Numbered from the stretch's first letter, positions 47,873-58,475 are shown. The stretch is 64,000 nucleotides of DNA from Flavobacteriales bacterium (GCA_040377305.1 JBEIPA010000007.1:64001-128000); one strand, 5' to 3'. The notes: a model not told the origin generated them from the sequence alone. Made by a program: numbers and translations.

Positions 47873-50839
47873 TTAGGAAACAGGGATGAATATATCAACC
47901 TGTGTGCCCGCGCCAGTGCCATCTTCGTGTTTTAAATCGGTGATGGTCATACTTAGCTGTGAGCCATGTAGGTTGTTGATGAGTTCAAGTCGGTCGGAAG
48001 TAATTTTCATTCCGAGTGAGCGGTGATCCTTTCTGCTGGAGAGCTGTCGCATTTCCCGTGCTCTCTCGCGACCAATTCCGTTGTCTTTGATGCGGCAAAG
48101 CAAATTATTGCCTTGCATGCGCATGCTAAGTTCGAGATGTCCGGGTTCCTTGAGCGGAGTAAGTCCGTGAAGAATTGCGTTCTCGACGTAAGGCTGGAGA
48201 AGCATCGCAGGAATTTCAATGTAGTCGATTTCAATTTCGGGAGCGATTTCAATTTTCCAGTCGAACTTGTTGTCGAAACGCATCGCTTCAAGTTCGATGT
48301 AAAGCTGTAAGTACTCCACTTCTTCGCGAACAGTAATCTGCGACTTGTCGGAATTGTTTAGAATCATGCGCATCAGGCGCGCGAACTTGTTGAGATATTT
48401 TCCGGCGTCCTGCGCTTTGTTTGTAAGAATGAAATGCTGAATCGAATTCAATGAGTTGAACATGAAGTGCGGATTCATCTGCGCACGTAATGCTTTCAAT
48501 TCGTTTCCAGCAAGGGCAACACGCACTTCCGATTCTTTACGTTCACGATCGCGGATCTTACGAATGCGCGAGTAGATAGCAAGCAACAACATCGCAACAG
48601 TGATCGCAGAAATCGAAAACCAGAACCAGGAACGTTTCCAGATTGGAGTTTCGATCGTAAACGTGAATGTTGCAGGATCTTCATTCCACAAACCTTCGTT
48701 GTTACAGCTAATCACTTTAAACGTGTACGTGCCCGATGGAATATTCGGATAACGTGCAATGCGTTCTTTTGTGGGAGGAGAATAGTCTTTTTCAAATCCT
48801 TCCAGCATGTAACGGTATTGTACTTTCGCCGGATTTGCAAAACAGATTCCGACATATTCGAATGAAACGCTGTTCTCATCGTAAGCAAGCACAGCATTCT
48901 GCGGCAGCAATGTGTCCTTGTAGAAAACAGAAATCTTCGTAATGTTTGTTTTCGTGTAATACGGATTCGCGCGATACTGCTGCGGATTGTATTTGATCAA
49001 ACCGTTTACTGTTCCGAACCAGATGGTGCCGTCTTCCTGCTCGTAGAATCCATTCGTATTTGATTCCACTCCGGTGAATCCTTCTTCCTTTCCGAAGGTG
49101 TACACATTCTTGCGTTTCGCATTGCTATACGCGATTACATCAAAACGATTCACGCCCTGGTTGGTTCCTATCCACAGATTTTCTTTCCGGTGATCAATGC
49201 CCATTGCGTAGACGAGATCGGAATTCAATCCGTGCTGTTCGCGAATGCTGTCGATTCCATCTTTTGTTTTAATGAATACACCATCGAGTGATGCATAATA
49301 GATGTTCCCGAGTTTGTCTTCACAAATTCCAAAATAGGAATCGCCCGAAAAGCCAAGCTCAATGTCACGACGCGTGAAGGATTCATTTTCGAATGTGTAA
49401 AGGCCGCCGAGATAAGTGCCTACCCACAATACGTCATTCGCATCTTCGAGCATGCTCCACACATCAGGCTTCGGCGCATTAATCGGAATGGTGATGTGAT
49501 ACGCTGTGAATTTCCAGTCCTCATCAATTCGCGTTATACCGCTGTTTCCTCCAACCCATAACACTCCTTTCCTATTGCGGTAGATGATATTGACGGTGTC
49601 GTTGTTGAGTCCGTCTTTGCGGGTAAACACTTTGGATATTTTGTTATTGACGAAATGAACAAGTCCACCAGTAGTTCCAACCAATACACTACCATCATCC
49701 AGGGTGAACACGGCATTCGTTTTGTCGGTCGGCATTCCGTCTTTCTTCGAGTACCCGTTGAAAGTTGTTCCATCGTAACGGAAAACACCTTTCTCATCGG
49801 AACACACCCAGAGATTACCGGATTTGTCTTCCGTAATTCCGAAAATGAAATTTCCGGAGAGTCCGTCTTTCTGTCCGTAGCCTACAAATCCTTTTCCACG
49901 AAAGCGATATAATCCGGATGCAGTTCCGAGCCAAACGTTGTTTTCGTAATCGTTGTAAAGGCTGATGATTTTTTCAGCGTTTACATCGTCAGAAATTTTC
50001 GTGTACTCGAATTTTGAACCGTCGAAAGAATACAATCCGTTCTGCGCGCCAATCCACAACACGCCACTGATGTCGGTGACCATAGCATTGATCAACGGAA
50101 CCGCAGTTCCATCAGGAGGGATGAACTGACGAAATACGCCGCCTTCCATGATGAACATTCCGTCAGTTGTTCCGCATACAATTCTTCCGTTGCGATCTTT
50201 GTTGATGGCATGGACATCATTCTCATAAAACCTCGGGAAGTTTTGCGGTGTGAATTTTCCATTCGATAATTCATACACACCTTCATTGGTGCCGATCCAG
50301 ATTTTTCCTGAATTGGGTTCTTCGTAAAATGTAAGAATCGACAACTCCGGAAACTTTGGATCTATGTTGAGCTTCTCGAATTTTCCGTTGTTGTATTTCG
50401 CAAGACCACGATCTGTGCCGATGTACAAACTGTTCCGTTCATCGCGCAACAAACACGAAATGTAATTGGAAGGCAATCCGTCTTTCTCGGTGTACGTTGT
50501 GAAAACTTCATCTTTCAGAGTCGCGAGCCCTTCGATTGTTCCGATCCACAACGTATTGTTTTCGTATTCTGTAATTGCATTTACCCAGTGATTCGGAAGT
50601 CCGGATAGCGGAGAATAATTCTGAAACGAAATTCCGTTGAAGCGACTCAGTCCGCCGTATGCGCCCATCCACAAATAGCCGTGCGCATCCTGGTACATGG
50701 TGAAGACCTGCACGAATGGCATTCCATCATCAACAGAATAATTTCGGAAGTGATAGGTTTGTGCGCGCGAATTATTCCCAAATAAAATCAGGAATGTCAA
50801 CAACACCAACATGCGAGAACCGGAGTTCAAAGGGAGCAT
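47873..50839 (-). CDS. LytS-type sensor histidine kinase with periplasmic beta-propeller and Y_Y_Y domain
   Basis: Reg_prop repeats (DGLP..LWIGT), Y_Y_Y domain, TM helix, ALRAQMNPHFMFNSLNSIQ, QPYVENAILHG, DNGIG. Confidence 0.95.
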   Translation of the reverse strand: MLPLNSGSRMLVLLTFLILFGNNSRAQTYHFRNYSVDDGMPFVQVFTMYQDAHGYLWMGAYGGLSRFNGISFQNYSPLSGLPNHWVNAITEYENNTLWIGTIEGLATLKDEVFTTYTEKDGLPSNYISCLLRDERNSLYIGTDRGLAKYNNGKFEKLNIDPKFPELSILTFYEEPNSGKIWIGTNEGVYELSNGKFTPQNFPRFYENDVHAINKDRNGRIVCGTTDGMFIMEGGVFRQFIPPDGTAVPLINAMVTDISGVLWIGAQNGLYSFDGSKFEYTKISDDVNAEKIISLYNDYENNVWLGTASGLYRFRGKGFVGYGQKDGLSGNFIFGITEDKSGNLWVCSDEKGVFRYDGTTFNGYSKKDGMPTDKTNAVFTLDDGSVLVGTTGGLVHFVNNKISKVFTRKDGLNNDTVNIIYRNRKGVLWVGGNSGITRIDEDWKFTAYHITIPINAPKPDVWSMLEDANDVLWVGTYLGGLYTFENESFTRRDIELGFSGDSYFGICEDKLGNIYYASLDGVFIKTKDGIDSIREQHGLNSDLVYAMGIDHRKENLWIGTNQGVNRFDVIAYSNAKRKNVYTFGKEEGFTGVESNTNGFYEQEDGTIWFGTVNGLIKYNPQQYRANPYYTKTNITKISVFYKDTLLPQNAVLAYDENSVSFEYVGICFANPAKVQYRYMLEGFEKDYSPPTKERIARYPNIPSGTYTFKVISCNNEGLWNEDPATFTFTIETPIWKRSWFWFSISAITVAMLLLAIYSRIRKIRDRERKESEVRVALAGNELKALRAQMNPHFMFNSLNSIQHFILTNKAQDAGKYLNKFARLMRMILNNSDKSQITVREEVEYLQLYIELEAMRFDNKFDWKIEIAPEIEIDYIEIPAMLLQPYVENAILHGLTPLKEPGHLELSMRMQGNNLLCRIKDNGIGRERAREMRQLSSRKDHRSLGMKITSDRLELINNLHGSQLSMTITDLKHEDGTGAGTQVDIFIPVS

Positions 50840-50914
50840 GGAACTAAGTTAAGTGTTCCCGTGGAAAGCAGTGCGCTGTGGTAGTTTTGGGTTTGCTAGT
50901 GGTTCATTTACCTC

Positions 50915-51012
50915 TGACCTTGAGCGTTGAACATTGAGCTTTGAGCGTTGAACATTAGATTCACTCGTGTTGATGTTCAGTAAAGTGTCAATAATCAATG
51001 TTCAAGGGTCAA
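50915..51012. repeat. Heptamer tandem repeats (TGAGCGT/TGAACAT) with an inverted partner
   Basis: Five to six heptamer units at 50915-50956; complementary ATGTTCA units at 50973-51012. Confidence 0.7.
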
Positions 51013-51025
51013 GTAGCAACGTTAT

Positions 51026-51097
51026 AAAAAACCGAGGGTCCGGTCAACATCCCCTTTGAACCCGGACCCTACGGAGGATCGCATGAATTTCCAATAC
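51026..51097 (-). ncRNA. Candidate ~70-nt small RNA
   Basis: Minus-strand TACGTTTG -7 box (51102-51109), followed by a GC-rich hairpin (51032-51074) and a T6 run; no ORF. Confidence 0.45.
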
Positions 51098-51465
51098 GAT
51101 ACAAACGTAGAGGGAGTGCACGTGGTAAGGAAATCAGATGGGAACAGGAATTAACATTCCCAACGCAACCGAAAAAGGGCTAAGGTTCTGAAAAACAATG
51201 TTATATAGGTGAAATGAGATGCGTTTGTAGCTAATATCCATGCTTAGGTCATTCTTTACATGTCCAAACCGTTCATGTCGCCTGTTGGACATGTTGTAAA
51301 ATGGAGCGTTTTTAGGTACCTTGAATGGAATGATCAAGAGCGTACTTTGAGGCATCCACCAATAGACAAATCGGAATATTCCGGAATTCGGTATTTACTT
51401 GATTCGGTAAGATTGTCGTTGGAAATGCTAAGAAATGGGGCATCAAACTTGATCCAAAATTAAAC

Positions 51466-53028
51466 ATGTCAGGCAAGTCGTCCGATCAGCTTCATAAGCT
51501 CATTCATTCCCTGAACAAACAGGAAAAAAGGCACTTCAAAATCTTCGCCGGTCGACATACAATCGGCGAGCAGAATAATTACGTTGTGTTGTTTGATGCA
51601 GTGGAGCGCATGAAGGAATATGATGAAACCATATTGCTCAAAAAGTTCAGCTCCGAATTATTCATCAACAACTTCAGCATCACGAAAGGTCGCTTGTATG
51701 AAACAATTCTGCGCAGCCTTGACGTGTTTCATCACAACTCCTCTGTTGATGCGCAGCTGTGGAAAGAATTGCACTACGCAGAAATTCTCTATAAGAAAAC
51801 GTTGTACGAACAATGTGCGAAGCGTTTGAAGAGTGCACGAAAGCTTGCGGAGAAATACGAGAAGCATGCAGTGCTTGTTCAGATTCACACGTTGGAGAAA
51901 ACACTGGTGGAACAGGAGAGTTATGCCGGAATGAGTGAAGCAGATATTCTGGGCATTCTCAAAGAAGACCAGGTTGTTGCAGATCACATCAACACGTACA
52001 ACGATTTGTGGAATGTGAAGAGTCGCTTGTTCATGATGCTGAATACGAAAGGTCGTGCACGCGGAACAGAGCAGTTCGAGGAATTCAAAGCCTTGATTGA
52101 TGCATCACTCGGAAATAAGTCGCCGGAGAACTTAACGGTGTCGTCGCGCTTCATGTATCACCACACGTACAGTGCGTATTATTTTGCGGTGAGTGATGCG
52201 GAGAATTGTCATTACCATCTTGCTGCGAACGTAGCACTCATTGAGGCAAACACAGAAATATTCAGTGACGAACCAAATGTGTATTTCGGTGTATTGACGA
52301 ATCTGATTTACGTTTGTTCACGATTGAAGCGATATAGTGAAGTGCTTGTGAATCTGAATAAGCTTCGCGCGCTGCCAGAGAAACTCGACACAGCACGCAA
52401 TGAAGATCTCGAAGTGAAATTGTTTGCGAGTGCGAACAGTTTAGAGCTTGCCTTGTATAATTCCATCGGACAATTCGATAAGGCTGCTGCACTTGTCCCA
52501 AAGATTGCCGAAGGACTCGAGAAGTTTGACGGACGCATCAGCAAAATCCGTGAAGCACATTTTTGTATCAGTTGTGCGGTTGCATTGTATGGCGATGGAA
52601 AATTGCAACAATCACTTCGCTGGACATCGCGATTGCTCAACGACACAGCAGTCGGAAAAAACGAGTGGATTTTCGCAACAGCTCAGGTGTTCTCACTCAT
52701 TCTGCACATCGAACTCGATCACCGCGATTTGATTCCATATACAGCTCGCTCTGTACAACGTTATCTCAAAACACGCAATCGTTCTTTCCAATTTGAGAAT
52801 GTGTTTCTGAAATTCACGGAGAAAGTCGTGAAGAGCGGCGATGTAAACGAGATGCCGCCGTTGTATGCAGAGCTTAACAATCAGCTCGCGAAACTCGAAG
52901 AAGATCAGTTCGAAAAAACTGCCTTTGAGTATTTCGATTTTCCCGCATGGGCATCCGCAAAAGTTACCGGAAGAAATTTCAGGGATGTGATTGTGGAGAA
53001 GGCGGGAGTGACGGAGGAGCTCGGTTAA
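51466..53028 (+). CDS. Conserved hypothetical all-alpha (TPR-like) cytoplasmic protein
   Basis: N-terminal LHKLIHSLNKQEKRHFKIFA..NNYVVLFD and C-terminal FEYFDFPAWASAK, a pattern I recognise from uncharacterised Bacteroidota proteins. Confidence 0.8.
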   Translation: MSGKSSDQLHKLIHSLNKQEKRHFKIFAGRHTIGEQNNYVVLFDAVERMKEYDETILLKKFSSELFINNFSITKGRLYETILRSLDVFHHNSSVDAQLWKELHYAEILYKKTLYEQCAKRLKSARKLAEKYEKHAVLVQIHTLEKTLVEQESYAGMSEADILGILKEDQVVADHINTYNDLWNVKSRLFMMLNTKGRARGTEQFEEFKALIDASLGNKSPENLTVSSRFMYHHTYSAYYFAVSDAENCHYHLAANVALIEANTEIFSDEPNVYFGVLTNLIYVCSRLKRYSEVLVNLNKLRALPEKLDTARNEDLEVKLFASANSLELALYNSIGQFDKAAALVPKIAEGLEKFDGRISKIREAHFCISCAVALYGDGKLQQSLRWTSRLLNDTAVGKNEWIFATAQVFSLILHIELDHRDLIPYTARSVQRYLKTRNRSFQFENVFLKFTEKVVKSGDVNEMPPLYAELNNQLAKLEEDQFEKTAFEYFDFPAWASAKVTGRNFRDVIVEKAGVTEELG

Positions 53029-53043
53029 TCAGTGCGCAATTTT

Positions 53044-53098
53044 CAATACGCAATGCGCAGTAAGTTAGCACAGACGATTTACTGCGCATTGCGTATTG
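53044..53098. terminator. 20-bp perfect inverted repeat between convergent genes
   Basis: CAATACGCAATGCGCAGTAA / TTACTGCGCATTGCGTATTG, built from heptamer-like units. Confidence 0.65.
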
Positions 53099-53106
53099 GG
53101 AATTGA

Positions 53107-54150
53107 CTATTGCGCATTGAAACTATCCCAGCCTTGTGCTTTAATCTCGTGACTTGTATTCGATTTCGAAATCAGATTCACGCCAGCACTTTTATCAGTC
53201 ATATATCCGATAACGGTGATGTCCATATTTCCTTTGATCTTTTCGAAATCGTCGGCATTGATTGTGAAGAGCAATTCATAGTCTTCTCCGCCATTGAGTG
53301 CACACGTGGTGGGATCGATTCCAAAAGTACGCGCGCGATCGTAAGTCATCGGGTCAATCGGAATTTTCTCTTCGTACAAAACAGCCCCGAGATCTGATTG
53401 CGTACAGATGTGCATGAGCTCAGAAGCAAGTCCGTCGGAAATATCAATCATCGATGTTGGTTGCAATCCTAATTCAGCAAACAGGATTGGCATATCGATA
53501 CGCGCTTCTGGTTTCAACTGGCGCTCGAGTACGTAATCATTTCCTTCGAGATCGGGTTGTGCACCAGGATGCGCTTTGAAAACTTCTTTCTCGCGTTGCA
53601 GCAACGTCAATCCCATGTATGCACCACCGAGATCGCCGGTTACGCATATGAGATCTTTCTCTTTTGCTCCGTTGCGATACGTGATTTTATCTTTTTTCCC
53701 TTCGCCGATAATTGTTGCGGAGATCGTCAATCCTGAAACAGATGAAGTTGTATCGCCACCCACTAAATCAACCTGGTAACGTTCGCAGGCAAGCAGCAAT
53801 CCCGCATACAATTCTTCGAGTGCATCAACCGGAAAACGACTCGACACTGCAATGGAAATCAGCAGCTGTTTCGGCGTCGCATTCATTGCGCAGATGTCGG
53901 AAAAATTAACGGTCGCAACTTTGTAACCGAGATGTTTCAGCGGTACGTAACTCAAATCGAAGTGAACTCCTTCGGTGAGCATGTCGGTAGAAACAACCTG
54001 CACGTTTTCTCCTTCGCCGATTACTGCGGCGTCATCACCAATTCCTTTGATACTCGACTTGTGTTTGAGTACTATATTCTCAGTAAGGTGACGAATGAGT
54101 CCGAATTCACCGATTTCGGAAATTGGTTTGCGTGCAGAATTTTCTAACAT
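53107..54150 (-). CDS. thiL: Thiamine-monophosphate kinase
   Basis: GEFGLI, GIGDDAA, NFSDICAM, GGDT, IDISDGL, GGEDYEL. Confidence 0.96.
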   Translation of the reverse strand: MLENSARKPISEIGEFGLIRHLTENIVLKHKSSIKGIGDDAAVIGEGENVQVVSTDMLTEGVHFDLSYVPLKHLGYKVATVNFSDICAMNATPKQLLISIAVSSRFPVDALEELYAGLLLACERYQVDLVGGDTTSSVSGLTISATIIGEGKKDKITYRNGAKEKDLICVTGDLGGAYMGLTLLQREKEVFKAHPGAQPDLEGNDYVLERQLKPEARIDMPILFAELGLQPTSMIDISDGLASELMHICTQSDLGAVLYEEKIPIDPMTYDRARTFGIDPTTCALNGGEDYELLFTINADDFEKIKGNMDITVIGYMTDKSAGVNLISKSNTSHEIKAQGWDSFNAQ

Positions 54151-54201
54151 GGTGCAAAGATAGTCGTTGTCGACGATGCACCGAATGCCGTGAATTCAGT
54201 T

Positions 54202-57200
54202 CTAATATTTGATTAAGCGCAGCGTTTGCTGTGCAGAACCCGAGATGACATTGGCAACATAAACTCCGGATGGCCAATCTGCTGTTTCCAGGACCAGTGT
54301 GTTCTCCGTGATTTGCCGGGAAAATATTTCCTGTCCTGTAACGTCAAAAATCGTAACCTGAACAGTGTGACCGGCGATCAGGTTCAGTGTGAGCTGATCA
54401 CTGAACGGATTTGGATAAGATGCCATTACCAACACAGCACCCTGTTCTACTATTCCTACGCATGCATTCACCGTAATTACATCTGAAGCAGTATCAGCAC
54501 AACCAATGGAATCTGTGTAAACATACGTGATCGTGTGAACACCAACACCCGCTGTACCGGGACTGAAATTGGTTCCACTTACACCAGTACCGCTGAACGT
54601 GCCACCCGAAGGAGATGCGCTGGATGAAAGTGAAAGCGTTGCATCATCAACACAAACCGAATTGTTCGTAATAGCAAGAGACGCTACCGGAAGCGGATTT
54701 ACGACTGTAGTGAAGTACGCAGTGTCCATGCAGCCTGCTACACTGGTCCCAACAACAGTATGCGTAGTCGTGCTGGTGGTGAGATAACCTATTGGACTGC
54801 CCGTTATATTCAACGGCATCCAGTAATAGGTGAAAGCACCAGTTGCAGCGAGTACGGCGTATGAACCTGAACATACCGGCGATTGTCCATTTGCAGTAAC
54901 GACAGGGTTGGCGTTTACAAAAACGAAAAAGCTGTCTGAAGCAATGCATCCGTTTGAATCTGTTCCGGTAACCCAGTACTGGGTTTGTCCTACCGCAGGA
55001 AAATCGATGACGTTCGACCCGGTCAGATTTCCAGGCATCCATTCATACGTTGCTGCCCCAATTGCAGAAAAGAACACCGTATCCGTTTCGCACAGCGATC
55101 CGGTGTATGAAGCATTCACCGTTGGAAGTGCATGTACTGTAATTGCAATTGTGTCGTTGTCAACGCAGCCGTTATTATCAACGCCGTTCAAGACATACGT
55201 GGTGGAGGTTGCAGGGAATGCGAGTGTTGTATCATCGGATGGAGCACTTAATGTTGCTGGCGGAGTCCACGAGTAAAAGCTGGCTCCGGAGCCGGTTAAC
55301 GTTAATGTATCACCGTTACAGATGGACATTGCGGTTGCTGTTGCGACAACAACCGGTAGGGTATTGACGGTGACTACAACTGAATCGATACCTGTGCATC
55401 CGTTCGCATCGGTTCCGGTTACTGTGTAAGTTGAATTTGCAGTTGGTGCTACCATTAACGGAGAGCCGCTCATAGCAATTGGTTGCCAATTATAAGACAA
55501 TGCGCCGCTTGCAGAAATCTGAGTTGAATCACCTTCGCAGATTGCGGATGTAGAGACGGATGCAGTAATGGTTGCAGGCGGATGAACAGTAATGCTGATG
55601 TTTTGATCGTATGTACAACCTCCATCACCGGTAGCAGTTACCGTGAATGTTGTACTGGAAGCAGGCATCACCATCACAGAATCATTCGTAATGTTTCCCG
55701 GATTCCAAACGTAACTCAGTGCGTTGCCTGCAACAGTCAGCATGGAAGAATCGCCGGGACAAAAGGCGGTCGATGACGCAGATGCTACTGATGTGAGTCC
55801 GGTTACAACAATGGTATCAACGCCTATCGTGCAACCCTGACGCACCATCACAGTGTAAGTGCCGGGAGTGTTAAACGTTGTTGCAGCTGTTGTTGCTCCA
55901 TCGCTCCACAAAATTTCATCGTACGTTCCGGTGATGGTTAAAGCTGTTGTGGCGCTCGGACACAGCAACCAGGTGTTCCCCTGATCAATGTTTACAGAAG
56001 CCAAAGGTTGTGGAATTGTAAAATCGGCATTCACCCACTCCAGGTTATTGAGGAAGGTGAAGTTGGCCGTGAGTATTGGGTCGCCGGAAGTAAAAGTTGC
56101 ATGCACAACTGCCAGTCGGTATACACCTGCAGATGGTTCCAGGACTTCCGACGCCATCTTCGGAAGCATCATAGCGCCGTTTGTTGCACCGTTACACGAA
56201 GTGAAATCGCGAACTGCAGTCCAGTTGTGATTGACCACATCATAAGCGCGTGAAAAAAGATTCGGTGTTTGATTCGCCTGACCTGCGAGGTAAGTTGAGT
56301 TATCGCACCAACCGAAAAATACTTTCGTACCATCGGAACTGCGCGACGCCATCGGCTGCATATCCATGATAACCTGATTCGGAGCCGTTCCCCATGTACC
56401 ACGACCAGCATTGACGTTTGCAATGTCCATAGCATTGAACATGCCGTTGTGCCACGTGATGTCGTACATATGATGCCATAAGCCGAAGAATATAGCATAC
56501 GCATTGTTTCCGTTGCAGATTGTGGTCAGAAAATGTGGATCTCCATTTACGTCAACAACAAGATCGCCGTCGAATCCACAGGTCGCGAAATTTCCGGGTG
56601 TAATGTTTGAGCTTATGCAACTGAACTGCGAAATATCAACCTGCATAGGAGCGGACCAGGTATTACCTCCATCTGTTGTGCGATAAAAAACAGGATAGAA
56701 TGAAAATGCTGCTGGCCCCGGAGTAATATGGGTGAGCAGACAAATCCATCCGTATTGTCCTGTGGGATCGAATGCAATGTTAATGTCTGCGACCTGGGCC
56801 ACTCCCGAGAAAGCCGTATTAAAAGGTGTATTCAAAGTTGCGTTCGTACTCCAAACAAAATCATTACTTCCATTCCAGACACCTTTGTAAACGCGGTATC
56901 CTGTGTAGTTGGTGCCGTTAAAAATTCCATCTGTTGCCCACATTATTCCGTTGGCACCTTTGCACATGGAAGTTGGAATGTATGCCTGGGAATTGTTCGC
57001 CTGATTGTAACTCTCTGTATTTCCAGTTCCATCGAGTTTGCGTACACCACTTACATGTCCGTTGAAAGTTGAACCTACTGTCGGAGCCATGTATGATAAA
57101 TACGCATTCGTAGGGACAGTGTTTCCAACCGGATTGTAAATTGCGACCTGCGGAAATCGTGCACCGTTCGTTCCGTTTACTGAAAGTGGATTTACCACAC

Positions 57201-57468
57201 CCAGATTGTTTGACCACGTAGCTCCGTCATCCGTTGAAATGTCATAGCGTAACTGCCCGCTGTGTCCGCCAAAAACTCCTGCGTTATTTCTGTGAATGAA
57301 AACTACTGTATTGAGATCGTTGTCTACCGCAATTGCATTGGTTGAACCTTCAACATTCGTAAAGGCGTTTGAAGAAGTGCCAACTGTTGCTGTTTGAGCG
57401 CAAGGTTGTGCAGAAAGTGCGCTGGTTAAAAGCGCACAGAATACAAGAATCGTAAATGCTTTGTGCAT
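54202..57468 (-). CDS. T9SS type-A cargo protein: BNR/Asp-box propeller plus Ig-like repeats
   Basis: Signal peptide, STDDGATWS and TTDGGNTWS Asp-boxes, CxGxS..YTVTGTDANGC repeats, CTD YPNPFSD. Confidence 0.88.
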   Translation of the reverse strand: MHKAFTILVFCALLTSALSAQPCAQTATVGTSSNAFTNVEGSTNAIAVDNDLNTVVFIHRNNAGVFGGHSGQLRYDISTDDGATWSNNLGVVNPLSVNGTNGARFPQVAIYNPVGNTVPTNAYLSYMAPTVGSTFNGHVSGVRKLDGTGNTESYNQANNSQAYIPTSMCKGANGIMWATDGIFNGTNYTGYRVYKGVWNGSNDFVWSTNATLNTPFNTAFSGVAQVADINIAFDPTGQYGWICLLTHITPGPAAFSFYPVFYRTTDGGNTWSAPMQVDISQFSCISSNITPGNFATCGFDGDLVVDVNGDPHFLTTICNGNNAYAIFFGLWHHMYDITWHNGMFNAMDIANVNAGRGTWGTAPNQVIMDMQPMASRSSDGTKVFFGWCDNSTYLAGQANQTPNLFSRAYDVVNHNWTAVRDFTSCNGATNGAMMLPKMASEVLEPSAGVYRLAVVHATFTSGDPILTANFTFLNNLEWVNADFTIPQPLASVNIDQGNTWLLCPSATTALTITGTYDEILWSDGATTAATTFNTPGTYTVMVRQGCTIGVDTIVVTGLTSVASASSTAFCPGDSSMLTVAGNALSYVWNPGNITNDSVMVMPASSTTFTVTATGDGGCTYDQNISITVHPPATITASVSTSAICEGDSTQISASGALSYNWQPIAMSGSPLMVAPTANSTYTVTGTDANGCTGIDSVVVTVNTLPVVVATATAMSICNGDTLTLTGSGASFYSWTPPATLSAPSDDTTLAFPATSTTYVLNGVDNNGCVDNDTIAITVHALPTVNASYTGSLCETDTVFFSAIGAATYEWMPGNLTGSNVIDFPAVGQTQYWVTGTDSNGCIASDSFFVFVNANPVVTANGQSPVCSGSYAVLAATGAFTYYWMPLNITGSPIGYLTTSTTTHTVVGTSVAGCMDTAYFTTVVNPLPVASLAITNNSVCVDDATLSLSSSASPSGGTFSGTGVSGTNFSPGTAGVGVHTITYVYTDSIGCADTASDVITVNACVGIVEQGAVLVMASYPNPFSDQLTLNLIAGHTVQVTIFDVTGQEIFSRQITENTLVLETADWPSGVYVANVISGSAQQTLRLIKY

Positions 57469-57603
57469 AGGTGGGGGGTTATAAGGAGTAGCAAAATTAA
57501 GAAAGTCGAGGAACAGATTATTCGTTTAATGACGATGGTGTATTGGCCCAAACCGCGAAATTCACCGAATCTTGAACTTAAAGGCTGCATCATAGTTCCG
57601 GTA

Positions 57604-57975
57604 TTAATACACTTCCGGATTCAACATCCTCGGTACTCCACATTCATAGTGTTTCACAACAATGCGAACCGGATCGCCGATTTTGAAATTGTAGTTCTTC
57701 AATGGAATTTCAAACGCACTCAAATTGATGTCGTCGAATTTCATGCTGATGGTGTCGTTGATCGTCACACTCGCAGTTGCAAAGCGTTTTACAGAATCAG
57801 AACAATTCACGTATGGATTCTGCATGTAATGATTCTTATTCTGAAACGTTCCTTCGAACACTTTCTCGTAAGTCGTATTGCAGTTGCAGTCGAATACCAC
57901 TTTGGGTTTTGTTAGGCCTTCGTCAACAGCAGTGTAGCCCAGGTAAATGATTAAAGCAAGAACGGCGAATTTCAT
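57604..57975 (-). CDS. Hypothetical exported protein (123 aa)
   Basis: N-terminal hydrophobic segment. G..QNKNHYMQNP and C.PRMLNPEV recall a small Bacteroidota family. Confidence 0.65.
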   Translation of the reverse strand: MKFAVLALIIYLGYTAVDEGLTKPKVVFDCNCNTTYEKVFEGTFQNKNHYMQNPYVNCSDSVKRFATASVTINDTISMKFDDINLSAFEIPLKNYNFKIGDPVRIVVKHYECGVPRMLNPEVY

Positions 57976-58083
57976 AGGTCAATTTACTCTGAATTCAGCC
58001 CACTCAAAAACAACGTTTATCGACCCGATTTTCCCCTTGTCGAAACCTTGTTAATAACGCTTGCAGGAATACCTAAAACTAGG

Positions 58084-58117
58084 TACTTTTGTCCTGTATT
58101 TAGATTTGATCTAAATA
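58084..58117 (+). promoter_or_regulatory. suf promoter -7 box plus 9-3-9 palindromic operator (putative Fur-type iron box)
   Basis: TACTTTTG at 58084-58091; TATTTAGAT-TTG-ATCTAAATA at 58097-58117, over the expected transcription start. Confidence 0.7.
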
Positions 58118-58148
58118 AGAATAGACTAACAATTAGCTGAAAATCAAC

Positions 58149-58475
58149 ATGATAACAGTTAGCGAAAATGCAAAGAGCCACGCGCTCGAGCTTATTAAGG
58201 CAGAAAACAAGCCTGTAGATTCATTTATCCGCGTTGGTGTGGATAGTGGAGGGTGTTCTGGCCTCTCATACAAACTTGAATTCGACAACGTATTGCGCGA
58301 AGGCGATCAGGTTTTTCAGGACAAGGGAATCAAGGTCGTGATCGATCGCAAGAGTTTTCTTTATCTCGCAGGAACCGAACTGGATTATTCAGGTGGACTG
58401 AACGGAAAAGGTTTTGTGTTTAATAATCCGAATGCATCACGCACGTGCGGTTGCGGAGAATCGTTCTCCGTTTAA
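58149..58475 (+). CDS. sufA: Fe-S cluster assembly A-type carrier (HesB/IscA/SufA)
   Basis: GGCSGLSY, NPNA..TCGCGESF. Confidence 0.93.
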   Translation: MITVSENAKSHALELIKAENKPVDSFIRVGVDSGGCSGLSYKLEFDNVLREGDQVFQDKGIKVVIDRKSFLYLAGTELDYSGGLNGKGFVFNNPNASRTCGCGESFSV

